Source of the DNA: Candidatus Babeliales bacterium
GTDB taxonomy: Bacteria; Babelota; Babeliae; Babelales; JACPOV01
Reading direction: 5' to 3'
Assembly: GCA_050250855.1 (NCBI GenBank)
Contig: JBFWNW010000003.1
Coordinates: 44,316-108,315, forward strand
DNA: 64,000 nucleotides
Of this stretch, positions 53,374-63,297 are shown one piece after another. Under the pieces are notes generated by a model that saw only the letters and a list, made by a program, of their open reading frames with translations, had not been told where the DNA came from and did not search any database. Each line of letters starts with the position of its first letter. The first letter of the stretch is position 1. Position numbers and translations under genes: made by a program.

Positions 53374-55197
53374 ATGAGTTTTAAAAAGAATCTTGCCAAT
53401 TTCACCCCTGATAAAATTAGAAATTTCTCTATTATTGCCCATATTGACCATGGTAAGTCAACCCTTTCAGATAGACTACTGGAAACAACCGGCACATTAA
53501 CAGATCGCACCAAAGCTGACCAGTTTTTAGACAAACTCCAGGTTGAAAAAGAACGCGGCATCACCGTAAAAGCACAAACTGCTTCCATGGTGTACACCTA
53601 CAATGGCCACGATTACCTCCTTAATTTAATTGACACTCCGGGACATGTAGATTTTAGCTATGAAGTTTCTCGTTCTTTATACGCCTGCCAAGGAGCTTTA
53701 TTGCTTACTGATGCATCCCAAGGCGTTGAAGCACAAACAATGGCAAACTTCTTTTTGGCATTCGAACAAGATTTAACTATCATTCCTGTTATTAATAAAA
53801 TCGATTTACCAACGGCTGACGCTGAAAAAGTTCAGAAAGAGCTGAAATCTCTTTTTGATTTTTCTCCTGAAGAAACAGTACTTGCTTCTGCTAAAGCTGG
53901 CTTAGGTATTGATGACATTTTACAAGCTATTATTAAACGCATTCCAGCACCACAAGGAAGTACTGAAAAACCACTCAAGGCTCTTCTTTTTGACTCGTGG
54001 TATGATGAATATAAAGGTGTTATGTGTCTTATCGCCCTTGAAGATGGTGCATTAAAAAAAGGTGATAGCGTTAGCCTTGCACAAACTGGTGAAAGTTATG
54101 AAGTTTTAGAACTCGGCCTTATGTACCCTAATGAAACCCCAACTGATGAACTCTATGCAGGTCAAGTAGGTTACGTGGTGACCGGTATGAAAACCGTTAA
54201 AGAAGCACGCGTTGGAGATACCATGTTTCACACCAAACAACCAGTCAAACCATTTCCTGGTTTTAAACCGGCAAAACCGATGGTTTTTGCAGGAATTTAT
54301 CCTATTGATAACTCTGAATTTGAGCAACTGCGTACGGCAATAGAAAAACTAACGCTTAATGATGCCAGTGTAACGGTAGAAAAAAAGTCATCTACTGCTT
54401 TAGGTTTAGGTTTTCGTTGTGGCTTTTTAGGCCTTTTGCATATGGAAGTATTTAAACAACGCCTTGAGCAAGAATATGATATTACCGCCATTGTTACCGC
54501 ACCAAGTGTGCTCTATAAAATAAAAATTAAAAATTCTGAAGAAATTTTAAATGTGGAAAGCCCTTCAGACTTTCCCGATCCTAATATTATAGAAGAAATA
54601 CGCGAGCCTATGATTAATGCCACCATAATTCTACCAAAAGAATATTTGGGGGCCATTTTAAAATTATGCCAAGAAAAGCGTGGTCAACAAAAGGATATGC
54701 GTTTCTTGACTGAAGATCGTGTTATTTTAAATTACCTTTTGCCGTTAACGGAAGTTGCTACCGATTTTTATGATCAATTAAAATCGATCAGTTCAGGGTA
54801 TGCAAGCTTTGACTATGAAGAATCTGGCTACCAGCCTTCAGATTTAGTCAAGATGGATATTCTGCTCAATGGTAAACCAATTGATGCACTTTCTTTAATT
54901 GTTCATAGAGATAAGGCGTATTATATCGGCCGCGAATTGGTAGAACGCCTTAAAAACGTTATAAAAAAGCAACTTTTTGAAGTTGTGATTCAAGCTGCTA
55001 TCGGTTCAAAAATCATTGCCCGCGAAACAATTTCTGCTTACCGCAAGCAGGTAATTGCTAAATGTTATGGTGGTGATATTACCCGAAAACGTAAGCTTTT
55101 AGAAAAGCAAAAAGAAGGTAAAAAGAAGATGAAGCAGCTTGGTTCTGTTGAAGTTCCGCATGATGCTTTCTTGGCAATCCTCAAGAAAACTGAATAA
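53374..55197 (+). CDS. lepA: elongation factor 4 (LepA)
   Basis: IRNFSIIAHIDHGKSTLSDRLL, DTPGHVDF, NKIDL and the LepA-specific C-terminal domain (...CYGGDITRKRKLLEKQKEGKKKMK). Confidence 0.92.
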   Translation: MSFKKNLANFTPDKIRNFSIIAHIDHGKSTLSDRLLETTGTLTDRTKADQFLDKLQVEKERGITVKAQTASMVYTYNGHDYLLNLIDTPGHVDFSYEVSRSLYACQGALLLTDASQGVEAQTMANFFLAFEQDLTIIPVINKIDLPTADAEKVQKELKSLFDFSPEETVLASAKAGLGIDDILQAIIKRIPAPQGSTEKPLKALLFDSWYDEYKGVMCLIALEDGALKKGDSVSLAQTGESYEVLELGLMYPNETPTDELYAGQVGYVVTGMKTVKEARVGDTMFHTKQPVKPFPGFKPAKPMVFAGIYPIDNSEFEQLRTAIEKLTLNDASVTVEKKSSTALGLGFRCGFLGLLHMEVFKQRLEQEYDITAIVTAPSVLYKIKIKNSEEILNVESPSDFPDPNIIEEIREPMINATIILPKEYLGAILKLCQEKRGQQKDMRFLTEDRVILNYLLPLTEVATDFYDQLKSISSGYASFDYEESGYQPSDLVKMDILLNGKPIDALSLIVHRDKAYYIGRELVERLKNVIKKQLFEVVIQAAIGSKIIARETISAYRKQVIAKCYGGDITRKRKLLEKQKEGKKKMKQLGSVEVPHDAFLAILKKTE

Positions 55198-55279
55198 GCT
55201 CGATTCTTGAAAAAAAGAATGCATATTGTTTACACTAAAAAAAAGAGCCTCGGCACAAACGTTAACATGTGGAGAAATC

Positions 55280-56392
55280 ATGGCAGAATCTGAGAATAAA
55301 CAAGGTAGCTTGGTGCTCAACCAACCCTTGGAATTTTCTGGTAATATTTTTATCTATTACGCCTTTGATATAGGTGATGATATCAATTTGGAAAAAATTG
55401 AAACCTTACCAGGAATTATTGCGCGCCCTTTAAAGATCTCTAAACATTTTAAGGGATACCATGTTCCTCTTGCCATTGATTTACCGCATCCTCATTCAAG
55501 CTCTCGTTGCATAGGGGTAAAAATCTATAATTTTGGTGTTATATCCCTTATTTATCAAATACCATTTTCTCAGACAACCCTCTTGAATTTAAGAACTAAT
55601 TTAAGTTTACTTGATTCTGAATTTAGCGAACAAAGTGTTGAAGATGCGCATTCTGTCTTCAAACAAATAAAAAATCATATAAAACAAGCGCGTTTTTTCC
55701 ATTTACGCACCTCATACTTTGTAGTCCAAGTTGATCAACAGCCAGAACTTGTTACCGTTTCTGACCTTAAAAAGAATAATGGTGGCGTTATAGCTTCTTT
55801 ACTTAGATTTGAAACAGAAAGTTTATCTGAGTACCAGAAAAATGAAATTCTAGATTCTGCTATGGGGTATTATCGTGGGGATTTAATTATTATCGATACT
55901 GATAGCGCCTTCGTTTACGATGATGAATATACAGAAATTTTGGACCTCTTTGAGTTTGCTAATATTCAGCATGTTGAGCTACAATATTATGACCGCGTCC
56001 TTGATCAGCAGCTTAATAAAGTATATCAACGCGAGCTAGGAGCTCCAGCACTCAAATCTTATATTCCTCTGCTGAGTATTTTCACTAAAGATCCCGTTAC
56101 CGCATTAGGACTCTTGCGCGTAGAAATTTCTGTTATTATTGAGCGCTTGGAAAGCACGTTAAAAGCAACTGCTGAAGCTTACGTTACTGAAACCTATGAT
56201 TTATTGGCAGAAAAGCTTGAGCTGAAAAGCTGGAAAGATTCTATTGATAAAAAATTAGAAATTATCAAAGATATTTATCAAGTTCATCAAAATAAGATCG
56301 ATGTTAACAAAGAAGATTTACTCTCTGTGCTGATTATTATTCTTATTTTCATTGAGCTCATTATTGGTATTTTGAGTTATATGAAGGGATAA
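55280..56392 (+). CDS. hypothetical protein with C-terminal TM helix (possibly RMD1/YagE, DUF155-like)
   Basis: The ATG at 55280 follows GGAG. The C-terminal LLSVLIIILIFIELIIGIL helix is preceded by a coiled coil. The family assignment comes from recalled architecture only. Confidence 0.55.
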   Translation: MAESENKQGSLVLNQPLEFSGNIFIYYAFDIGDDINLEKIETLPGIIARPLKISKHFKGYHVPLAIDLPHPHSSSRCIGVKIYNFGVISLIYQIPFSQTTLLNLRTNLSLLDSEFSEQSVEDAHSVFKQIKNHIKQARFFHLRTSYFVVQVDQQPELVTVSDLKKNNGGVIASLLRFETESLSEYQKNEILDSAMGYYRGDLIIIDTDSAFVYDDEYTEILDLFEFANIQHVELQYYDRVLDQQLNKVYQRELGAPALKSYIPLLSIFTKDPVTALGLLRVEISVIIERLESTLKATAEAYVTETYDLLAEKLELKSWKDSIDKKLEIIKDIYQVHQNKIDVNKEDLLSVLIIILIFIELIIGILSYMKG

Positions 56393-56417
56393 AAATAATC
56401 TTTAAAAAAGGAGAACC

Positions 56418-57191
56418 ATGAATAAACTTTCAATACTTGTAGGTGCCTGCTTTGTATGCACTGCATACTCTAGTGAGCTCTCTAATGAGTTATCGCAGCT
56501 TAATCAGCAGCTTACGCAGCTTACTGAGCAACTCGAAGATATAGAGATGGCTCCTCTTAGGGAAGAAATAATGCCATTTATTTTTCAAAAACAACCAATC
56601 CCGCAAGAGCTCATAACTAAAATCAAAAATACTGGTCTTTACAATGAACTCGAGATCGCTCTTTTAGAGGGAAACACGCAAACTGTTAAAGATCTTATTG
56701 CAAAAACACCAACCATGGTTAATACACCAGGTGATAAAGGCGGAACACCCTTAATGCTTGCAGCAGTATTAGGTAATCTAGAAATGGTCAATTTGCTCAT
56801 TGCAAACAAGGCTGACGTTAATGCTACAAGTGGGGATGGCATGACAGCATTACTGGCGGCTACTTGGCTAAATCATAATGATATAGTTAAGATTCTTCTT
56901 ACTGCAGGCGCAGACCCTAATATACAATCTGGGGGCATGACAGCATTACTGGTAGCAAGCTTCACGATAAACCTTGAAGGAGTTAAAACTCTTCTTGAGC
57001 ATAACGCCGACCCTTCCCTAAAAAACAACAATGAATATACAGCTCTTGATCTTGTGCAAGATGATGCTACAAAGCAAAAAAAGGAACTAACAAATATGGG
57101 GCTACCTGCAGAAGAAGTAGAAAAAAGAATACAAAACAAACCAGAAATAATTAAGCTCTTGCAAGAAGCTCTGCAAAAGCACCAGAAATAA
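56418..57191 (+). CDS. exported ankyrin-repeat protein, 257 aa
   Basis: AGGAG ribosome-binding site, signal peptide MNKLSILVGACFVCTAYS, and ANK repeats (GGTPLMLAAVLGNLEMVNLLIANKADVN). Confidence 0.85.
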   Translation: MNKLSILVGACFVCTAYSSELSNELSQLNQQLTQLTEQLEDIEMAPLREEIMPFIFQKQPIPQELITKIKNTGLYNELEIALLEGNTQTVKDLIAKTPTMVNTPGDKGGTPLMLAAVLGNLEMVNLLIANKADVNATSGDGMTALLAATWLNHNDIVKILLTAGADPNIQSGGMTALLVASFTINLEGVKTLLEHNADPSLKNNNEYTALDLVQDDATKQKKELTNMGLPAEEVEKRIQNKPEIIKLLQEALQKHQK

Positions 57192-57195
57192 TTAG

Positions 57196-57213
57196 AGGGC
57201 CCTTTGGGGCCCT
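57196..57213. terminator. shared hairpin between convergent genes (ANK on the plus strand, grpE on the minus strand)
   Basis: AGGGCCC, loop TTTG, GGGCCCT. It is GC-rich and sits in a 31-nt convergent gap. There is no long T tract. Confidence 0.5.
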
Positions 57214-57222
57214 TCTTATAAT

Positions 57223-57738
57223 CTAATAAGCAACCGCCACTTTTGCAGGACGCAGAACTTGGCCATTCAAAAGATACCCTTTTTGCAATACCTCAACAAT
57301 GGTTCCTGGCTGGCGGCCTTCTGCTTGCACCTGCATAACTGCTTCATGAAGTTCAGGATCAAAGGTTGTACCCGCTTGAATTTCTGAAACGCCATGTTTT
57401 TCTAAAAACTTATAAAGCTCTTTTGCTATCATTGAAACGCCTTGGCGCAACGTTTGGCACGTAGCATCTTCTTGTTCACTCTCTAATGCTCTTTCAAGGT
57501 TATCAATAATAGGTAAAAGATCGTATAAAATATCCGTTTTTACCATTCTATTCAGGTGAGCGCTATCCTTTTCTATCCTTTTTTTGTAATTCTGCAAATC
57601 AGCAATAGAACGCATATATTTATCTTTCCATTCTGCTGATTCTTGCTCACATTTTTTTAACGCTTCCTGAGCATCGGCTTGCTGGCCTTGCGCTTGCATT
57701 GCCACTTCTTCTGAAATATTTTTTTCTTGATTTTGCAT
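57223..57738 (-). CDS. grpE: nucleotide exchange factor GrpE
   Basis: DKYMRSIADLQNYKKRIEKD and C-terminal VLQKGYLLNGQVLRPAKVAV. The ATG at 57738 is preferred over the TTG at 57750. Confidence 0.88.
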   Translation of the reverse strand: MQNQEKNISEEVAMQAQGQQADAQEALKKCEQESAEWKDKYMRSIADLQNYKKRIEKDSAHLNRMVKTDILYDLLPIIDNLERALESEQEDATCQTLRQGVSMIAKELYKFLEKHGVSEIQAGTTFDPELHEAVMQVQAEGRQPGTIVEVLQKGYLLNGQVLRPAKVAVAY

Positions 57739-57906
57739 GTAAAACCTCAAGTAGTCTGCTTTTTAATTAATCTATATCTGTTTTTTTTAGTATACCATAT
57801 GGGCATGCGCTGACAACCAAATAACAACCTTTACTTGCCCAGAAAGAAAAAGTCGTTGTACACTAGAAAGAAAATTTATCTCATCTTCCCGTCAAAAAGG
57901 TATAGC

Positions 57907-59169
57907 ATGAAGCGTTTTAAAATTTTTTTAATATTGACAGCAACAATCCAGATTTCGTTGGCCATAGACAATCCTCATTTCTATAGAGCGCTCTACTTTT
58001 GGGGTGAACCACGCCTTGAATTTCCATGGCTTGCCAGCTTTGATATTTCTTTAGGAGGTGGCAATACCCATACAGCACGTAATAGTAATGGCAAAAAAAC
58101 ACCGCTTTTGAATATCTATGGGCCGCACAATATGCACAAACTTGGTGCTGATGTTCCTGGCTTGAATCCTGCAAATCCTTTAGATGCTATTCTTATAAAT
58201 CTTGATGCCATTCCAGATCGTCCAGGATTTGGGCAGCTTTTATTTTCTGGTAAATTTCAGATTATTGAAAGCTATTTAAATGTTTATCAAAACTTAATCA
58301 ATGGCTTTTTCTTACAGGCAAATATACCCATTCGTAAATTAAAAATAACCCAAATCGCGTATGAAGATCTTTCGCCCGATGATACAATATTTCCTAATAA
58401 AAATACCCCTGTTTGGCAGGAATTCTTAGCAAATTTTAATGCTATTTTGAACCAATTTGACCTCAAACTTAAAGGCGCTGACCGCACTGACGTTGGCGAT
58501 TTAGCCATTCTTGGCGGATGGACAACTAATTATGAAAACACTAAACATCTTGATTATATTGATGTTACGGCAAAATTGGGAGTGCTCTTTCCAACAGGAA
58601 AACGAAAAAAGCTCTCAAGACCCTTTGATATTCCTCAAGGATATGATGGATTTTATGGAGTTCCCTTAAAATTTGATATTTCTCTGGGTGCTCTTGAATG
58701 GTTAACGCTCGGATCGCACCTTGGTGCGCTTTTTTTTATTGAACGAGGCAGTAAAAATATCCGCATGAGAACCAATGAACAACAAAATGGTTTTATTAAA
58801 CTTACGTATGGTGATGCAAAAATTGACCAGGGAACCATTTGGGATTATTCGGGTTATATTAAAGCAGATCATGTTATACGCGGACTTTCTTTCCTGTGCG
58901 GCTATTCCTACAACAAAAAAGATCGCGATTGCTTAGAACCAAAAAACAGTATGGTCTTTGATCCCCTTGTTGTCAATAAAGATCGGGAATATCTAAGCTG
59001 GCGCATGCATACCATGCATTTTATTATTGAATATGATTTTGCCCAAAAGCCAACCCAGCCTGGTTTGCGGATAGCATTTTTCCACAACCGCATTGTTGGC
59101 GGCAAACGTATTTTTGATACCAATGTTTACGCGATAAATACTGGTGTTGATGTGGTATGGTGTTTTTAA
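57907..59169 (+). CDS. putative beta-barrel outer-membrane protein
   Basis: The ATG at 57907 gives signal peptide MKRFKIFLILTATIQISLA. Alternating beta-strand pattern, with a C-terminus ...GVDVVWCF ending in Phe. Confidence 0.55.
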   Translation: MKRFKIFLILTATIQISLAIDNPHFYRALYFWGEPRLEFPWLASFDISLGGGNTHTARNSNGKKTPLLNIYGPHNMHKLGADVPGLNPANPLDAILINLDAIPDRPGFGQLLFSGKFQIIESYLNVYQNLINGFFLQANIPIRKLKITQIAYEDLSPDDTIFPNKNTPVWQEFLANFNAILNQFDLKLKGADRTDVGDLAILGGWTTNYENTKHLDYIDVTAKLGVLFPTGKRKKLSRPFDIPQGYDGFYGVPLKFDISLGALEWLTLGSHLGALFFIERGSKNIRMRTNEQQNGFIKLTYGDAKIDQGTIWDYSGYIKADHVIRGLSFLCGYSYNKKDRDCLEPKNSMVFDPLVVNKDREYLSWRMHTMHFIIEYDFAQKPTQPGLRIAFFHNRIVGGKRIFDTNVYAINTGVDVVWCF

Positions 59170-59651
59170 CAATCTTTTATTTCTAAGTTGCAGGCAAGGA
59201 CCTTCTCTAAGGCCTTTTTAGTGTCCTCAACCATAGCACAGAACTCTGTTGCAAGCTGAGGTTCAGAGACTTCTATAAGTGTTATTAAAATCAAATTTTT
59301 TTGATGTATATGCTCAACAATATCAAGCAAATAGGTAATATCTTCAGGCAGGTAATTATAAGCCTCTTGTTCATTGCAAGCAAGAACCTCTGCCGCTCGA
59401 TATATTTTAGTATAAAGATCCTTTAGATAGTTTGTTTGCAAAGCATCATCCAGCACTTGATTATTTGAAAGTATAAAGTCAAGATCGTGGCACAGTTCCT
59501 TTGCAAGAACTTCTACGCGATAAAAGCAGGTCTGAGGATATAAATAATCAAGCGAAAAAAGATAGTTTTCACTCGAAAAATTAGTATGCTCAAGGCCTAG
59601 GCTACAAAGCAATAGATAAAGCTTTTTTTTAAAATTTTTAATCACCAGCAC
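59166..59651 (-). CDS. hypothetical protein, ~160 aa
   Basis: GTG start next to GAGGT, with an alternative GTG at 59645. Helical, with no motif recognised. Confidence 0.45.
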   Translation of the reverse strand: MLVIKNFKKKLYLLLCSLGLEHTNFSSENYLFSLDYLYPQTCFYRVEVLAKELCHDLDFILSNNQVLDDALQTNYLKDLYTKIYRAAEVLACNEQEAYNYLPEDITYLLDIVEHIHQKNLILITLIEVSEPQLATEFCAMVEDTKKALEKVLACNLEIKDC

Positions 59652-59809
59652 ACCTCACGTTTGTATCATGCTTTCTATATCTAGTCTCTCAATTATCTTT
59701 TCAGGTTGTCAATAATTGATGCGTAAATAAGTAGAAATTGTTACAAATTGAAAGGCTTGTGGCGTAAAAGTTAAAGTAAAGCTTTATGCTGCAGGGAATC
59801 TAAAATTAC

Positions 59810-60076
59810 CTACTTGTCACATAGGTGAGGAAAACAACAGGTCAAAAAGCAAAAAAAACAGCATGCTGCCCTGCGTTTTTCATTCTGCATCCTTGTATGT
59901 GCAGATTCTATCATTTGAGCATTTTGCTTAAGCTGCTCTGTCTTTTGCTCTACAGACTGTAAGTTGTCCGTCTGCTCAATAAAGTCACGTAAATTCTGAT
60001 GCTGTTGACCTTTATCCATGCTCTGTAATGATATAAAAGACGACTGCACTAATAAAAAAATAATTATTTTTTTCAC
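59810..60076 (-). CDS. small exported protein with Cys-rich C-terminal tail (paralog 2)
   Basis: AAGGA then GTG start, N-terminus MKKIIIFLLVQSSFISLQSMD, C-terminus AACCFFCFLTCCFPHLCDK. Confidence 0.65.
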   Translation of the reverse strand: MKKIIIFLLVQSSFISLQSMDKGQQHQNLRDFIEQTDNLQSVEQKTEQLKQNAQMIESAHTRMQNEKRRAACCFFCFLTCCFPHLCDK

Positions 60077-60094
60077 AATATTTCCTTTATCTGT

Positions 60095-60328
60095 TTACTC
60101 ATCACACAAATGAGGAAAACAACAGGTTAGAAAACACCAATAGCAAAAAACTTCTCTGCGCTCTTCGCCTATTAAAGCTTGCATTACATACTGCTCAGCT
60201 GAAGAAGTTATAAGATATGTCGGAGGAGTCTTTTTTTCTGCTATAGCAAGCATAAGCAATGGTGTCTGGTCCATACTCTGCAATGATATAAAAAATCCTG
60301 GTACTACTAAGAAAAACCTTTTTTTCAT
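60095..60328 (-). CDS. small exported protein with Cys-rich C-terminal tail (paralog 1)
   Basis: AAGGAG then ATG start, N-terminus MKKRFFLVVPGFFISLQSMD, C-terminus VFCYWCFLTCCFPHLCDE. Confidence 0.65.
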   Translation of the reverse strand: MKKRFFLVVPGFFISLQSMDQTPLLMLAIAEKKTPPTYLITSSAEQYVMQALIGEERREVFCYWCFLTCCFPHLCDE

Positions 60329-60377
60329 GCATACTCTCCTTTTTTACTATGCTATGAAAAAGTATCTTAATACGTTC

Positions 60378-60932
60378 TTAAAATGGTAATTCATCAGGAA
60401 AAGGAGGTTCATCTTTAAAATTAACTTCTCCGCTTACCTGAGAACCAGATGCCGCATCATCAAAATCTTCATCTGATTGCACTACTTCTTTTTTTTCAGC
60501 TTTTTTTGCTTTAGGTTTTGGCGCTTGTGATGCACCTAAAAACTCTTTTTCTAATTCTGAAGAAGCTGCTGCTTTATCTGCACCTTCTTCATCAGCTTGT
60601 GCTGAAGAAAGAAAGACTACACGATCAGCGACAATAGAATGTTTGCTGCGCTTTTGGCCTTCAGGGCTATCCCACATATCAAATTTCAAACGCCCTTCTA
60701 CTAAAACTGGTCTTCCTTTTTGCAAATACTGGTGACAACTTTCTGCTTGTGGCCCAAAAACATCAACGTCAACAAAACATACTTCTTGCACCATAGAGCC
60801 TGTTTGCTTATTGCGATATTGACGATTTGAAGCAAGCCCCAACTGGCAAACTCCTTGGCCAGAAGGCAACTGTCTGTATTCTGGATCACGCGTTAAATTA
60901 CCAACCATTACTATGCGATTATAGCTTGCCAT
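60378..60932 (-). CDS. ssb: single-stranded DNA-binding protein
   Basis: MASYNRIVMVGNLTRDPEYR (OB fold), an acidic disordered tail and C-terminal DELPF. Confidence 0.9.
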   Translation of the reverse strand: MASYNRIVMVGNLTRDPEYRQLPSGQGVCQLGLASNRQYRNKQTGSMVQEVCFVDVDVFGPQAESCHQYLQKGRPVLVEGRLKFDMWDSPEGQKRSKHSIVADRVVFLSSAQADEEGADKAAASSELEKEFLGASQAPKPKAKKAEKKEVVQSDEDFDDAASGSQVSGEVNFKDEPPFPDELPF

Positions 60933-61008
60933 AGTGTAATACCTTTCGTTTACGTTAAATTTTTCATGTTCGTATTATAGTACAAAAAGCCTTTGATTAA
61001 AGCAAAAT

Positions 61009-61383
61009 TTACTGAAGAACTGCTTGTACTTTGTTATAAGCTTGCATTATTTTCTTCTGACAATCAGTAAAAACTTCTTTAAATTCATGCAAAGCCGCAT
61101 CATACTCTTGTAATTTTTTACCTTCTGCCTTAGCAAAAAAGCTATCCGCGCATTGTTCCAATAACTCTGTTGTCATTTTTATTGCTTGCTTTTGCATGAG
61201 AGCGTTATTTTTTATTGCATCATTATGGAGGACAATAACATCTGCAAGACAAGGTGCTATATTTTTTTCTTTAATAGCAGTATTAGAAACCTTTTTTGCT
61301 TTTTTTGGTACAATAAATGGTTCTGTTGCCCATAAAGCTATGCTACTGCATAAAAAAACACCTAAAGCTATTTTATAATTCAT
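61009..61383 (-). CDS. hypothetical exported protein, 124 aa
   Basis: The ATG at 61383 (MNYKIALGVFLCSSIALWA) overlaps the pgsA stop. The longer track ORF would run inside pgsA. Confidence 0.5.
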   Translation of the reverse strand: MNYKIALGVFLCSSIALWATEPFIVPKKAKKVSNTAIKEKNIAPCLADVIVLHNDAIKNNALMQKQAIKMTTELLEQCADSFFAKAEGKKLQEYDAALHEFKEVFTDCQKKIMQAYNKVQAVLQ

Positions 61384-62018
61384 ACTTTTGTTCTCTGCGT
61401 TGAAACTATATAACGAATGCCAAGCCATATATAATGCGCTAACGATGCTAAGGCACAAAAAATCATAATGCCTAGCATGGTGTAATACGTTTTTACCGGA
61501 ACCCATGCAAAAAAGTAGCATGCAAAAAGCCACGTAATAAAAGCAATTTGCATAAACATGGTAAATTTGCCAAGCAATGAAGGATGAATTTCAAGGCTAC
61601 CCGTTTTATAGTAAATAATAAAAGCACCACCTATCAGTATCAATTCCTTTAAAAAAACAATCGCTACAAACCATAAAGGAATATGAAATAAAGGGGATTG
61701 TGCAAAAGCTAGCGTAAAAAAAACTGACAACACTAAAAATTTATCTGCTATAGGGTCAAGACACGCTCCTAGCTTTGTTTTCTGATTACAAAAACGAGCA
61801 ATGGAGCCATCAAGCATATCAGTTGCTGCTGCTATTAAAAATAATATGCATGCTGCTGGCCAATAATGCATAAGCATGGCGCCAACAACAAACAATGCTA
61901 AAACTATACGAAATAGTGTCAATATTGTTGGAATAGTCAGCCATTTTTCATGTGCTGAAAGTGATGAAAAAAACGGTTTAAACATTATCTTTCTTTTGAC
62001 TAACAAAGAACTAACCAT
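61380..62018 (-). CDS. pgsA: CDP-diacylglycerol--glycerol-3-phosphate 3-phosphatidyltransferase
   Basis: The CDP-alcohol phosphatidyltransferase motif D-x2-DG-x2-AR-x8-G-x3-D-x3-D is present exactly in DMLDGSIARFCNQKTKLGACLDPIAD. Polytopic membrane protein. Confidence 0.8.
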   Translation of the reverse strand: MVSSLLVKRKIMFKPFFSSLSAHEKWLTIPTILTLFRIVLALFVVGAMLMHYWPAACILFLIAAATDMLDGSIARFCNQKTKLGACLDPIADKFLVLSVFFTLAFAQSPLFHIPLWFVAIVFLKELILIGGAFIIYYKTGSLEIHPSLLGKFTMFMQIAFITWLFACYFFAWVPVKTYYTMLGIMIFCALASLAHYIWLGIRYIVSTQRTKV

Positions 62019-62072
62019 TGCAAAGTATTACTATGATGTTACTGATAATCTATATTTTTGCTAGTGCTTACT

Positions 62073-63131
62073 TTAAAAAGATTGAATAATACCACTACCA
62101 AGACACTGATCACCATCATAAAAAGCAGCAAACTGTCCTGCTGCAATACCTTGATCGTGTTCACGCAACTGCAAAGAAAGAGATCCATCAGCATTATAGC
62201 CTATAGAACAAGGGTATTTTTTTGCACCATGGCGCAACTTAACAAAAAGCTCATCTTTTTGTGGAGCTTTTCCAGAAATCCAATTGCACTCGCTCACTAG
62301 CAATGCATCACGCTTTTTTTCTTCTGAATAGTAATGACGAGAAATGTATACAATGTTGGCATTTGCGTCTTTACCCACAACGTACCAGGGCCCTCCTGCA
62401 AGGCGAATGCCTCTGCGTTGCCCAATAGTATAAAACCAAAAACCGTTATGTTTACCAACAACAGTACCTGTTTCTTGTTCTATAAGATTGCCTTCTTGAA
62501 TCCCTAAATGATGTTGCAAAAATTCATCAAAAGAAATTTTACCCAAAAAGCATATCCCTTGGCTATCTTTGCGATCTTTATTGGGCAAATTATATTCTTG
62601 CGCCAAAGCACGAACCTGCTGTTTATCTAAGTGCCCTATGGGAAACATAAGGCGCGATAACTGTTCTTGGCTCAAATAAGAAAGAAAATATGTTTGGTCT
62701 TTAATAAGATCTGGCGCTGTTTGCAAAACAGCTTTGCCATCTTGATGAATAACTTGCGCATAATGACCCGAAGCAATTTTATCAAAACTTGCATCAATAT
62801 GATCTAAAAAGGCACCAAACTTAACCTGTTGATTGCAGAGCATATCAGGATTTGGGGTTTTACCCTTTTTTACCTGGGCAATAGTATAGCTTACCACACG
62901 ATCCCAATATTCTTTTTGCAAAGAAACAACGTTAAGGGGAACCTGTAGTTGCTCACATACTGCCTTGACGTAGGCAAGGTCAGTCTCCCAAGGACAGTCG
63001 CCCATATAGGCCAATTCGTCCTCAAGCCAAATTTTAAGGTAAAAAGCGGTGACAGTATGCCCCTGATCCTTTAAAAGTTTAAGGGCCAGAGAGCTATCAA
63101 CCCCACCAGAAACCAATACTGCTATGTTCAT
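62073..63131 (-). CDS. mnmA: tRNA-specific 2-thiouridylase MnmA
   Basis: PP-loop MNIAVLVSGGVDSSLAL and ...DSQGICFLG..., 352 aa. Confidence 0.9.
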   Translation of the reverse strand: MNIAVLVSGGVDSSLALKLLKDQGHTVTAFYLKIWLEDELAYMGDCPWETDLAYVKAVCEQLQVPLNVVSLQKEYWDRVVSYTIAQVKKGKTPNPDMLCNQQVKFGAFLDHIDASFDKIASGHYAQVIHQDGKAVLQTAPDLIKDQTYFLSYLSQEQLSRLMFPIGHLDKQQVRALAQEYNLPNKDRKDSQGICFLGKISFDEFLQHHLGIQEGNLIEQETGTVVGKHNGFWFYTIGQRRGIRLAGGPWYVVGKDANANIVYISRHYYSEEKKRDALLVSECNWISGKAPQKDELFVKLRHGAKKYPCSIGYNADGSLSLQLREHDQGIAAGQFAAFYDGDQCLGSGIIQSF

Positions 63132-63297
63132 AAAAATACCTTTGTAAAGATTTACTGTACCTATTTTAGCATATTTTTAACCTGAACCCAACTCTACTTT
63201 AATGAATCTTTGATCCTCAAAGTATTGCTTTACAAGCCAATTCTTTGATAAAATTACAAATAGATATATTTTAAATATAAAATATTGAGAAATAATT

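Noticed and set aside
55198-55230. A possible terminator hairpin (ATTCTT GAAAAA AAGAAT) lies after lepA.
   Set aside because: The stem is only 6 bp and entirely A/T-rich, with no T tract, so it is indistinguishable from background in this genome.
59810-60328. The small Cys-tail proteins might carry a CaaX prenylation box.
   Set aside because: The C-termini are ...HLCDK and ...HLCDE, so the last Cys sits at position -3 rather than -4 and is followed by charged, non-aliphatic residues. This does not fit CaaX.
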